A DNA stretch of 34,372 nucleotides from Planctomycetota bacterium (lineage in GTDB: Bacteria; Planctomycetota; SZUA-567; H5-PLA8), in assembly GCA_045863855.1 (NCBI GenBank), contig BTVV01000063.1, positions 1 to 34,372 of the forward strand, in the 5' to 3' direction. Position numbers and translations under genes: made by a program. Within the stretch, counting starts at the first letter, position 1. Each line of letters starts with the position of its first letter. Shown in pieces: positions 9,869 through 18,400 of the stretch. Under the pieces are notes generated by a model, which saw only the letters and a program-made list of their open reading frames with translations, searched no databases and had not been told where the DNA came from.

Positions 9869-9967
9869 ATGAGCAACGAACGACCCATGCCTTACCTGAT
9901 GCTGGGCATCACGATCGGAGTGGCTTTGCTGGCGTTGGCGCGTTACTTGGTGGTTCTGTCTCACTAG
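9869..9967 (+). CDS. Small hydrophobic membrane peptide, 32 aa (MSNERPMPYLMLGITIGVALLALARYLVVLSH)
   Basis: Strong SD TAAGGAG 6 nt before ATG 9869, TAG ending 9967, one predicted TM helix, AT-rich promoter-like region at 9780-9815. Below the ORF-track cutoff. Confidence 0.6.
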   Translation: MSNERPMPYLMLGITIGVALLALARYLVVLSH

Positions 9968-10165
9968 CCGGATCAGGCGGTTGCGTACTCTCCAGGGCGC
10001 TGATGGAGGGTCGCACAAGCCGGCCGGGCGTTCGTCCTCGGGAGGACGCGGAATCGCCGGTAGCGGCCAGGATGCGGTGAAGGTGGCGGTTCCAGAGGCG
10101 GTAGGATCGAGAGCGCTCCGCAGAGCGCCCACGCCAAGCGGAACCCACCGGCCGCATCCCCCCAC

Positions 10166-10199
10166 CCGGCCTCCTCTTGCAGGAGGCCGGTGCTTATTT
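10166..10199. terminator. GC-rich hairpin terminator between convergent units
   Basis: CCGGCCTCCT-CTTGC-AGGAGGCCGG perfect 10-bp stem followed by TGCTTATTT on the + strand; just past the stop of the 10205..10798 gene. Confidence 0.65.
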
Positions 10200-10204
10200 A
10201 GGCA

Positions 10205-10798
10205 TCAAGCATCCGGCTCTTCGGGCTGGCGAACGCCACAGGCAAGCGCAATCGCCGCACCCAGGCCGGCGCCCAGCCCCATGCCATGCGCGACTCCCCA
10301 AAGCAACATGCCTTCGGCCCCGCGCACGGTGTAAAAGAGCTTGGAGCCCGCGAAGTACCCCACCGTATTGGCGGCAAACAGCACCAGCACGATCGCCGGA
10401 ATCCGGCTAAGCGCACCGAATCCGAACGCCAAAGCGACGCCCAGCAGCACGCATCCGGACCCGGCGCCCACCCATTCCCCAAGCGATCCACGCAGGGAAA
10501 AGTACGCAGCCACCCAGGCCGCGGCGTAGAGGAAAAAGGAACCCCCGAAGATCGGGAACCAGCGCGCGATCCGGCGCGGCCGCGGCAACACGGGAATCAT
10601 CGCCGCGCCGCCCAGCATCATGAAAAGCGCGGTCCATACCGCGTACGCGCCGTATAGGCCCAAATTCCGATACATCCATTTCTCGCCAAACGCGACCGTG
10701 GCATACACCAGCACGCTTGCCGCCGTGAAGCAGAGCGCCCCCAGCAACGCGGATCGCAGCACCGAAGGCGCCGCCGGACTCGATTCAGCTTCGGCCAT
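10205..10798 (-). CDS. Hypothetical integral membrane protein (about 6 TM helices)
   Basis: 197 aa, Gly/Ala/Leu-rich hydrophobic helices; start overlaps the end of the upstream oxidoreductase gene (operon). Confidence 0.75.
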   Translation of the reverse strand: MAEAESSPAAPSVLRSALLGALCFTAASVLVYATVAFGEKWMYRNLGLYGAYAVWTALFMMLGGAAMIPVLPRPRRIARWFPIFGGSFFLYAAAWVAAYFSLRGSLGEWVGAGSGCVLLGVALAFGFGALSRIPAIVLVLFAANTVGYFAGSKLFYTVRGAEGMLLWGVAHGMGLGAGLGAAIALACGVRQPEEPDA

Positions 10799-11642
10799 GG
10801 GACTCCCGGGTGCGCTCGAACAGCCGCATCAGCCGCGCAGATTCGTTTTCCGCCAGCGGTCCACTCGCCAGGCTGGCGCGATTGCGCTCGATCCATTCCA
10901 GTTTGCGTATGCCCACGATGACGTGGTCCACGCCGGGTGCAAAGAGCGCGAAACGAAGCAGCGCATCGGACAACCAGGTGCGCGCCTCTTCGGGCTGGAC
11001 GCCTTCATCCGCATGGGCCGCCATCACGAGTGTATCGAGCAGCCAGCCGCGGTTAAATGGCGAAGTCGCGAAGCCCCGCCAACCGTGCGCGGCTCCGGTG
11101 GAAAAGAACTGGTCGGACGGCTGCGCCGGGTTGCGCGGATGGACGAAGAACGCGTAGGGATCGGGCGAACGGTTCAGAAGCGCTTCCGAAGGCGCCCACG
11201 TGCCCAGAGCGCCCACGCGGCCCGCATCGCGCCAGCGCCGGGCAACTTCAACCTGCTTCGCGTGCTCTTCCGCCGAACCCGCGGGATGAACCACCAGCAG
11301 GTCGATCCGGTCGGTTCGCAATTGCTGGAGCATTCGATCGAGGTGCGGCTCGCCGTACGGCGTAGGCCCCACGAGGTACGCGCCGCTGGACGGATCGGCG
11401 AAAAAGTTCCAGGCCAGAAGGCGCGCTTCGGAACGCCGGCCCAGCTCATCGAGCACCCGGCCCAGCGCCACGCGTTCGGCCTCATAGGTGGTATCGAAGC
11501 CGTTGATTCCGCTATCGAGACACGCGCTCACGAGAGCGAGCTGCGTCTCGAAACTCACCGCCGGATCGTTGCCCAATTCGGGAATAAACGAGTGCCCGCC
11601 CACCACCAGGCGCGAGGGCCATGCCGGTGCGTGCGCGCTCAA
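10785..11642 (-). CDS. Aldo/keto reductase family protein (divergent)
   Basis: GINGFDTT, LRTDRIDLLVVH, GRVGALG, SPFNRGWL, LRFALFAPGVDHVIVG motifs; TTG start with GGAGG SD 8 nt upstream. The usual IATK lysine position reads LLAWN. Confidence 0.78.
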   Translation of the reverse strand: MSAHAPAWPSRLVVGGHSFIPELGNDPAVSFETQLALVSACLDSGINGFDTTYEAERVALGRVLDELGRRSEARLLAWNFFADPSSGAYLVGPTPYGEPHLDRMLQQLRTDRIDLLVVHPAGSAEEHAKQVEVARRWRDAGRVGALGTWAPSEALLNRSPDPYAFFVHPRNPAQPSDQFFSTGAAHGWRGFATSPFNRGWLLDTLVMAAHADEGVQPEEARTWLSDALLRFALFAPGVDHVIVGIRKLEWIERNRASLASGPLAENESARLMRLFERTRESHGRS

Positions 11643-11765
11643 GGCATCGACCTCCTGGCCTTACTCGTGGCGAGCAGATTTGAACGCGTGCACCATCGCC
11701 TTGGCATCTAAAGGTCGATGCCGGATGGAAAGGAGGGGAGCCGATCAAGTCTCCCCTTCGGCTCC

Positions 11766-14700
11766 TTACTCCACCCCCACTCCGATCTTGCCCGCGTCGC
11801 CTTCCACGTCCACATCGAACGTCTTCCAACCCGCCGGGATCTCTCCCGCGCGCAGTTCCGTGGCCAGCGTCTCGTGGCAGATCTGCTCCTTGAATTGCTC
11901 CGCCCGCTGCACCATCCGCTCCGGCCCCTGCACCGCGAGCTTGATGCGCTGTTCGTACTTGAGGTCCATTTCCTTTCGCGCGCCTTGCACGCGATTGACC
12001 AACTCACGCGCGTAACCTTCGGCTTCCAGTTCCGGCGTCAGGTGCGTATCGAGCACGATCACGACCTGCTTCCCGCCCGCCGCCGCGTACCCTTCGCGCG
12101 CCTGGATGCTCACTTCCACTTCCTCGGCGCTGAGCACTACGTCGTGCCCGGCCACGCGCAGCGTGCAGCTCCCGTCGTTATCGAACTTCCCCTTCAAGTG
12201 CGACGCGTTCGCCTCCGTAAGCGCCTGCTTGATCGCCGGCACCAGTTCGCGGTATTTCGCGCCGATCAGTTTGAAATTCGGCTTCACCTGGTACGAGACG
12301 AACTTCTCCGCCAGCCGCGCGAATTCGACATCCTTTACGTTCAGCGCATCCTTCAGCACCTCGGCGTGCGCGCGGACGACGTCGGTCTTGCTTCCGTCGG
12401 CCAGGACCAGGATGAGTTTGGACAGAGGCAGGCGCACCTTCAGCTTCTGGGCGGCCCGGACATTGCGCCCCAGGCTCACGATCTCGCGCACCAGCGCCAT
12501 TTCTTCACCCAGCGCGCAATCCACCGCCTGCGGATCCGCGGTGGGATAGTCGCAGTGGTGCACGCTGGCCGGAACCCTGGCGAATTTATCGAGGTTGACG
12601 ATGGTGGCTTGCGAATCCCCGGGCTTCGGTCCGGCGGGGGCGGCCTCCCCGGACCCCAGCGGGCCGTACACCAGATTCTGCCAGATATCCTCCGCCGCAA
12701 ACGGCACGAACGGTGCGATCAGCTTGGAGAAGTTCACTAGGCACTCGTAGAGCGTCCAGTACGCGTCGAGCTTATCCTTATCGTCGGGATGCGAACGGTC
12801 CTCGCTGCGCCAGGAACGCCAGAATCGGTCGCGTGTGCGCTGGAGATACCAATTGCTCAGGCTTTCGCAAAACGCGCTGAGCTGCTGGGCCGATCCGAAG
12901 ATGTCGTACTCGTCCAGCCGCTGCCGCACGCCGGTCGTGGTCTGGTGCAATTCGCTGAGGATCCAGCGGTCGAGCTGTGTCCGCTCGCTCAGCTCGCGAC
13001 CGCCGCGGCGGAAGCGCTGGAAGTCAGGACCGCGGCCGGCCGAAGGATCGAAGCCGTCGATATTCGCATAGATCGTGAAGAAGCTGTACACGTTGCGCAA
13101 CTTGAGCAGGAAGTCTTTCTGCGCTTCGCGCACGTTTCCGCGGCTGAAACGGCTCGACGTCCACGGATGGTTCGAGGAATAAAAGAACCAGCGCAGCGCG
13201 TCGGCGCCTTCTTCGTCAAGGATGCCCGAGGGGTCGATGTAATTCCCCTTGGATTTCGACATCTTCTCGCCCTTCTCGTCGCAGACGTGCCCCAGCACCA
13301 CGCACGTCTTGTACGGATGCGGTTGCGGCGCGCCGTCGAAGAGCAGCGTCGATTCGGCCAGCAGCGAATAAAACCAGCCCCGCGTCTGGTCGATCGCTTC
13401 GCTGATGAAATCGGCGGGAAACGCTTGCGAAAAGTGCTCCAGGCTCCCCGGAGCGTGCGGATAACCCCACTGCGCGAAGGGCATGGCCCCGCTGTCGTAC
13501 CAGCAATCGATCACTTCGGGCACGCGCTTCATGCGCTGCTTGCCGTCGGGCGCGAGGTACGTCACCTCGTCAATCCACGGTTTGTGCACGCGCAAATGCG
13601 GATTCAGCGTCGGATCGCTTGCCTGCGCCTTCTCGAAAGCGTCGAAACCCTCCACCCCGGGTTTCTCGCCCAGTTCCTTCAGCGAGCCCACCGCCTCCAC
13701 GTGCGAACCGTCCTCGCTGACCCAGATCGGCAGCGGCGTGCCCCAATACCGCTCGCGCGAGAGCGCCCAGTCGATGTTCGTCTCGAGGAAATTCCCGAAG
13801 CGTCCGTCGCGGATATGCTCGGGCAGCCATTTGATCGACTTGTTATTGGCGATCACCTTCGAGATTTCACGCGTCGTGCGGATGAACCAGCCTTCGCGCG
13901 CGTAGTAGATCAGCGGACTGTTGCAGCGCCAGCAGTGCGGATAATCGTGCTTGTACGCTTCGCGCTTCAACAGCAACCCGCGATCGCGCAGTTCCTTGAT
14001 CAGATTCTTGTCGGCATCCTTGAAGCCCACGCCGCTGAACGCGCCGCAGCCTTCCTTGAACCGGCCGTCGGGGGCGACAAGGTGGATCACCGGAAGGCCT
14101 TCGCGCTGGCCCAGCGTGTAGTCGTCCGCGCCGTACGCAGGGGCCATGTGTACGATGCCCGAGCCCGTATCGAGCGTGACGAAGTCGGCGGCGCAGATCT
14201 TCCACGCCTGCTCGCGTTCTTTTTCCGTGCCCTGCCACCAGTCGAAGAGCGGCCGGTAGCGCCGGCCCACCAGCGCGCTGCCGGACTCGGTCTTGACGAC
14301 CTCGTGCGGCACCTTGCCCATGCACTTCTCGACCAGCGCCGCGGCCATCACCAGCGTCTCGTCGCCCACTTTGACATGCGCGTATTCCACATCGGACTTC
14401 ACCGCGAGCCCCGAGTTGCTGGGAAGCGTCCAGGGCGTCGTCGTCCACGCCAGGTAGCTCACTTTCGACTGCTCCCAGTCGGTCGCGCGGAAGGTCACGA
14501 ATACGCTGGGGTCCTCGACTTCTTTATAGCCCTGCCCCACCTCGTGGCTGCTCAGCGCCGTCTGGCAGCGCGGGCAGCACGGCAGTACCTTATGCCCCTT
14601 GAAGAGCAGGTCCTTCTTGAACAGTTCCGCCAGCGACCACCACACGCTCTCGACGTAGCTCTGGTGATACGTAACGTACGCGTCCTTCAGATCGATCCAG

Positions 14701-15125
14701 AAGCCGATCTTCTCGGTCAGGTTTTCCCAGTCCGTCGTGTACTTGAAGACCGACTCCATGCACTTCCGCACGAACGGGATCACGCCGTACTTCTCGATAT
14801 CCTGCTTCCCGCTGATCCCCAGTTCCTTCTCGACTTCGATCTCGACCGGCAGCCCGTGCGTGTCCCAGCCCGCTTTGCGCGGCACGTAGAAGCCGCGCAT
14901 GGTCTTGTAGCGCGGAAAGAGGTCTTTCACGACGCGCGTAAGCACATGCCCGGGATGCGGGCGGCCGTTGGCCGTCGGCGGGCCTTCGTAGAATACCCAC
15001 GTGGGACGCCCCTCGCGCAGCTTCAGCGATTCTTGAAAGACTCCGCGCTCTTTCCAAAACGCGCGAATCCGCGCTTCCGCTTCGGGGAACTTCATTGACG
15101 TATCGACGGGCTTGAAGGCCGGCAT
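11766..15125 (-). CDS. ileS: Isoleucine--tRNA ligase, type 2 (eukaryote/archaea-like IleRS2)
   Basis: Start ATG 15125 (MPAFKPVD). YEGPPTANGRPHPGH, GWDTHGLPVE, WTTTPWTLPSN, GSGIVHMAP, DWALSRERYWGTPLPIW, DQTRGWFYSL, KMSKSKGN; C-terminal EGYARELVNRVQ extension with no C-terminal zinc finger. Confidence 0.97.
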   Translation of the reverse strand: MPAFKPVDTSMKFPEAEARIRAFWKERGVFQESLKLREGRPTWVFYEGPPTANGRPHPGHVLTRVVKDLFPRYKTMRGFYVPRKAGWDTHGLPVEIEVEKELGISGKQDIEKYGVIPFVRKCMESVFKYTTDWENLTEKIGFWIDLKDAYVTYHQSYVESVWWSLAELFKKDLLFKGHKVLPCCPRCQTALSSHEVGQGYKEVEDPSVFVTFRATDWEQSKVSYLAWTTTPWTLPSNSGLAVKSDVEYAHVKVGDETLVMAAALVEKCMGKVPHEVVKTESGSALVGRRYRPLFDWWQGTEKEREQAWKICAADFVTLDTGSGIVHMAPAYGADDYTLGQREGLPVIHLVAPDGRFKEGCGAFSGVGFKDADKNLIKELRDRGLLLKREAYKHDYPHCWRCNSPLIYYAREGWFIRTTREISKVIANNKSIKWLPEHIRDGRFGNFLETNIDWALSRERYWGTPLPIWVSEDGSHVEAVGSLKELGEKPGVEGFDAFEKAQASDPTLNPHLRVHKPWIDEVTYLAPDGKQRMKRVPEVIDCWYDSGAMPFAQWGYPHAPGSLEHFSQAFPADFISEAIDQTRGWFYSLLAESTLLFDGAPQPHPYKTCVVLGHVCDEKGEKMSKSKGNYIDPSGILDEEGADALRWFFYSSNHPWTSSRFSRGNVREAQKDFLLKLRNVYSFFTIYANIDGFDPSAGRGPDFQRFRRGGRELSERTQLDRWILSELHQTTTGVRQRLDEYDIFGSAQQLSAFCESLSNWYLQRTRDRFWRSWRSEDRSHPDDKDKLDAYWTLYECLVNFSKLIAPFVPFAAEDIWQNLVYGPLGSGEAAPAGPKPGDSQATIVNLDKFARVPASVHHCDYPTADPQAVDCALGEEMALVREIVSLGRNVRAAQKLKVRLPLSKLILVLADGSKTDVVRAHAEVLKDALNVKDVEFARLAEKFVSYQVKPNFKLIGAKYRELVPAIKQALTEANASHLKGKFDNDGSCTLRVAGHDVVLSAEEVEVSIQAREGYAAAGGKQVVIVLDTHLTPELEAEGYARELVNRVQGARKEMDLKYEQRIKLAVQGPERMVQRAEQFKEQICHETLATELRAGEIPAGWKTFDVDVEGDAGKIGVGVE

Positions 15126-15170
15126 GGCTTGGGGTGGACTCCTCAAATGAGAAACTCGAAAACGATCCTG

Positions 15171-15205
15171 AAAACAAAAAACCACGAGGGTTTACCCTCG
15201 TGGTT
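15171..15205 (-). terminator. Intrinsic terminator in the ileS 5' leader (attenuator)
   Basis: Minus strand AACCACGAGGG-TAAA-CCCTCGTGGTT followed by TTTTGTTTT, 45-80 nt upstream of the ileS start codon. Confidence 0.85.
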
Positions 15206-15258
15206 CACGTATCGCTTCGGATTACGGCTTGGAACGTCGGAGCGAGACGGCCCGAGGG

Positions 15259-15306
15259 TTACCCCTGGGCCCCGGTAATCGGCGATAGCCTCCCCGCCCT
15301 GCGCAT
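15259..15306 (-). CDS. Putative ileS leader peptide, 15 aa (MRRAGRLSPITGAQG)
   Basis: AAAGGAAG SD before ATG 15306, TAA at 15261-15259, single Ile codon (ATT) at codon 10; overlaps hairpins that compete with the terminator. Confidence 0.55.
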   Translation of the reverse strand: MRRAGRLSPITGAQG

Positions 15307-15354
15307 GGCGTCTTCCTTTTCTGGGAGCCGTACAAGCCGGCTCGACCGCGTGCT

Positions 15355-15383
15355 AATAGACCACCCAAAGACGGAACTGTCAA
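15355..15383 (-). promoter_or_regulatory. Sigma70-type promoter for the ileS leader
   Basis: Minus strand TTGACA (15383-15378), 17 nt, TCTATT preceded by TG; about 50 nt upstream of the leader ATG. Confidence 0.5.
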
Positions 15384-15400
15384 GAGAGGCGATGCGCCCC

Positions 15401-15429
15401 TTGTCGCCTTGCTACCTTAAGGATACGCT
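15401..15429 (+). promoter_or_regulatory. Possible sigma70-type promoter for the Ser/Thr kinase gene
   Basis: TTGTCG, 17 nt, TACGCT, back-to-back with the ileS promoter. Confidence 0.35.
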
Positions 15430-15488
15430 GGTCGGTTTGGATGGACCGGCAGCGCCCGCGGGGCTCAATCGCCCATAAGGACTTACGA

Positions 15489-18400
15489 GTGGCCGAAGCA
15501 TCCGAATTCAGCCGCGCGAACCCCTCCACCCGACGCCGGCTTTTCGGCGCGGTGGCGGTGATGAAGGGCTATTGCACCCAGTCCCAGCTCGACGAATGCC
15601 TCGACGCCCAGGGCAAGCTGGGCGAGATGGGGTTGCCCGAAAAAATCGGCGAGATCCTGGTCAAGAAGGCCTACCTCACCCGCGAACAGCTCGCCGAAGT
15701 GCTCAAAGACATCCAAGGCAATCCCACACTTGCAGGTTTCGAGATTCTCGAAAAAGTCGGGCAAGGCGCGATGGGCGCGGTCTTCAAAGCACGCCAGATC
15801 TCGATGCACCGCATTGTGGCTCTTAAAATCCTGCCCAAAAAGCTGAGCGCCAATGCGGTCCAAAAAGAGCGCTTCTTGCGCGGCGCCAAAATGGCCGCCC
15901 GCCTCAATCATCCGCATATCGTCGGCGCCATCGATATCGGCGAGTCCGGGCCGTACACCTACTTCGCCATGGAATTCGTCGAAGGCCGCTCGACACGCGA
16001 CGTGGTCAAGGAGCGCGGAAAGTACGGGCTGCAGGAAGGGCTCGAACTGATCCGCCAGATCAGCGAGGCGCTGAAGTATGCGCACGGGCAGGGCCTGATC
16101 CATCGCGACATAAAGCCCGACAACGTGATGCTCAACACACGAAATGAGGCGAAACTCTGCGATTTGGGGTTGGCCCGGCCGGCCGAACTGGAAGACGACG
16201 ATGCCGAACTCACCATGGCCGGAAAGGCCATCGGCACGCCGCACTACATGTCGCCCGAACAAGCCAAAGGCGCTCGGGACATCGACCACCGCGTCGACCT
16301 CTATGCGTTGGGCGCCACCATCTATTACCTGTTTGGCGCACGAACCCTTTTCGCCGGCGAAAACCCATCGCTGATCATGTCGAAACATCTTACCGAGTCG
16401 GCGCCGGCGCTGAACGAAGTGAATCCGGAAGTTCCGGCCGAACTGGCCCTGATGGTCTCGAAGTTATTGGCCAAAGATCCGAACGATCGCTACCCCGACG
16501 CCGGCGCCTTTTTGGCCGATCTGGATCGCCTTAAAAAGGGCGAACAAATCGAGGCGGCCGCATTCAACCGGCCCAGTTCGGCGGCGCAGCCCAAGCTGGC
16601 CGCGCGAAGCGGCAAACGCAAAGCGGTGAATGCCGGAGGCACCACCGGCCCCCGTGTGCCCGTAGGCCCCAAGGGCACTACCGGTCCGCGCGTGCCCGTC
16701 GGACCTCGCCACACCACCGGCCCTGTCGGCGCGATCGGACCCATCCGCGTCACCACCGGGCCGGTCACCGCGGTGCGCCCCCCCGTGCGGGGAACCGCGC
16801 GTGCCGGCGACGAACGCAAAAAGTCCAACGGAACCGTCCTGGCGGTCACCGTCGCCGGCGGCGTGGGCCTCGCGCTCCTCTTAGTTCTGCTGATGCTAGG
16901 TGGATCGCCCAAAGAGGCTGCTCAACAACCCAAACCTCCCGCCCAGCCCTTGCCGCCACCCAAATCGGCGCCCATCGTTCAGGAACCTCCGGCGACTCGG
17001 CCGGCCGCTAAAACGGAAGTCAAAAACTCCGAGCCGCCGGCCGCGCCGGTTCCGACCGAGCCCGTACCTTCGCCGCAACCGGTCGCGGCGCCCGCGGATC
17101 AGCCGCCAGTTCCACCGCAAGAGCCCGCTCCGGCTCAAGTCGAGCCTGCGCCCCAGCCCGCGCCACCGGAACCCGCGCTTCCCGCGCTTCCCCAGCCCTC
17201 CGCGGTCGATCCCGCTCTCGTGGCGCTGCGCGCGCGTTTTCTGACCGAACTGCTTACGCTCACCGCCGACGACGACCTCGATAAAGCCCACCACAAGCTC
17301 CGTGCGCGAGCACGCACGCCGGAATTCGCACCGGCCGCCAAGCTGATCGAGCCCGATTTGAAAGAATTGGAAGCGGCGCACAAATTCGAGACGGCCGCGC
17401 TGGAAGCGCTCGCCAAGCAGGAAAAGGAACTCCCGCTCCCGGAAAAGCTCGCCAAAACCTTCGGCGCGGATAAGGCAAAAGTGAAAGCCTACGACGCCGC
17501 CCGCGGCATCGAAGTCGAAGTCAAAGGCGCAGGCCTGTACCTGACCGGCAAGCTGCTCGACGCGAAGCGCGTGGTGGCCGCGAGTGGCGCGGCGGGCGAT
17601 GGCCCGGAAGGCGCGCTCTATCTATTGATGCGTGGCGCACTCGACGAAGCGCGCGCGCGAATCCCGGCCTTGGCCGAAGAAGTGCGCGCGCCGCTCGCCG
17701 AGAAACTGGAACTTATGGGGGCCGGCGAAAAAGAAGTGCTCGCCCAGCAGTCGTTTGCGGCGCTCCAAAAGAGCCATGACCAGAAACAGTGGAAGACCCT
17801 GGCCGACGGCATCGACGCCTTCCGCGAAACCCACGGAGCGACCCGCTTCGCCCAACAAAAAGCGCCGGAGCTGGAGCAATGGCTGAAGGATATCGAAAAA
17901 GCGCTCATCGGAGAAAATCCGTGGAAGCGCATCTTCCACGCGAAAGAAGCCAAACCCCTGCCCAACGGCTTCGTCGAATTGGCCTACGACTTCAGCGACC
18001 CCGGCCAGCTTGCGGATTTCGAGGGCGTACCCGCCGCTCTCGTGCTGGAAAACGGAGCGCTCAAGATTCCCGCCGGACCGCCGCGCGACGAATTCTGCTT
18101 CGCGCGCTTCAAGGCCCCGATCGCGGAACTGCTGCGCTTCCATGCCGAAGGCCGCTCGCTCACCGGCCAAAAACGCGTGGGGCCCTACTTTCTGGAGCCC
18201 GGCAGCAACGACGGCGCACGAGCGCCCAGGCTCTTGATCCGGCCCTACAACCGAAGCCCGCATATCGAAAACTTCATGAGCGAAGCGGACATCAATCAGC
18301 CGTGCCCGAGGTTGATCGGAAAGCCCTTCGACATCACCCAGGACTTCGCACCCATTTCAGCATCTGTGGCGGACGGAAAATGGAGTTGGACCGTCGGCGC

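Noticed and set aside
9869..9967. KdpF assignment for the small peptide
   Set aside because: Superficial G.T.GV.LL...YLV resemblance, but it lacks the KdpF C-terminal motif and no kdpABC genes follow.
11655..11700. Fluoride riboswitch-like start GGCGATGGTG on the minus strand
   Set aside because: The conserved 3' part (CUAAUGAC..CUAC pseudoknot strand) is not present and the downstream gene is not a typical fluoride-response gene.
12789..15098. 769-aa + strand ORF
   Set aside because: Antisense shadow of ileS caused by high GC3; no motifs.
15195..15215. T-box riboswitch upstream of ileS (CGTGAACCACG resembles the T-box sequence)
   Set aside because: Lacks the UGGN bulge needed to pair with the tRNA CCA end, and no stem I motifs were recognised; a leader-peptide model fits better. 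cmscan would settle it.
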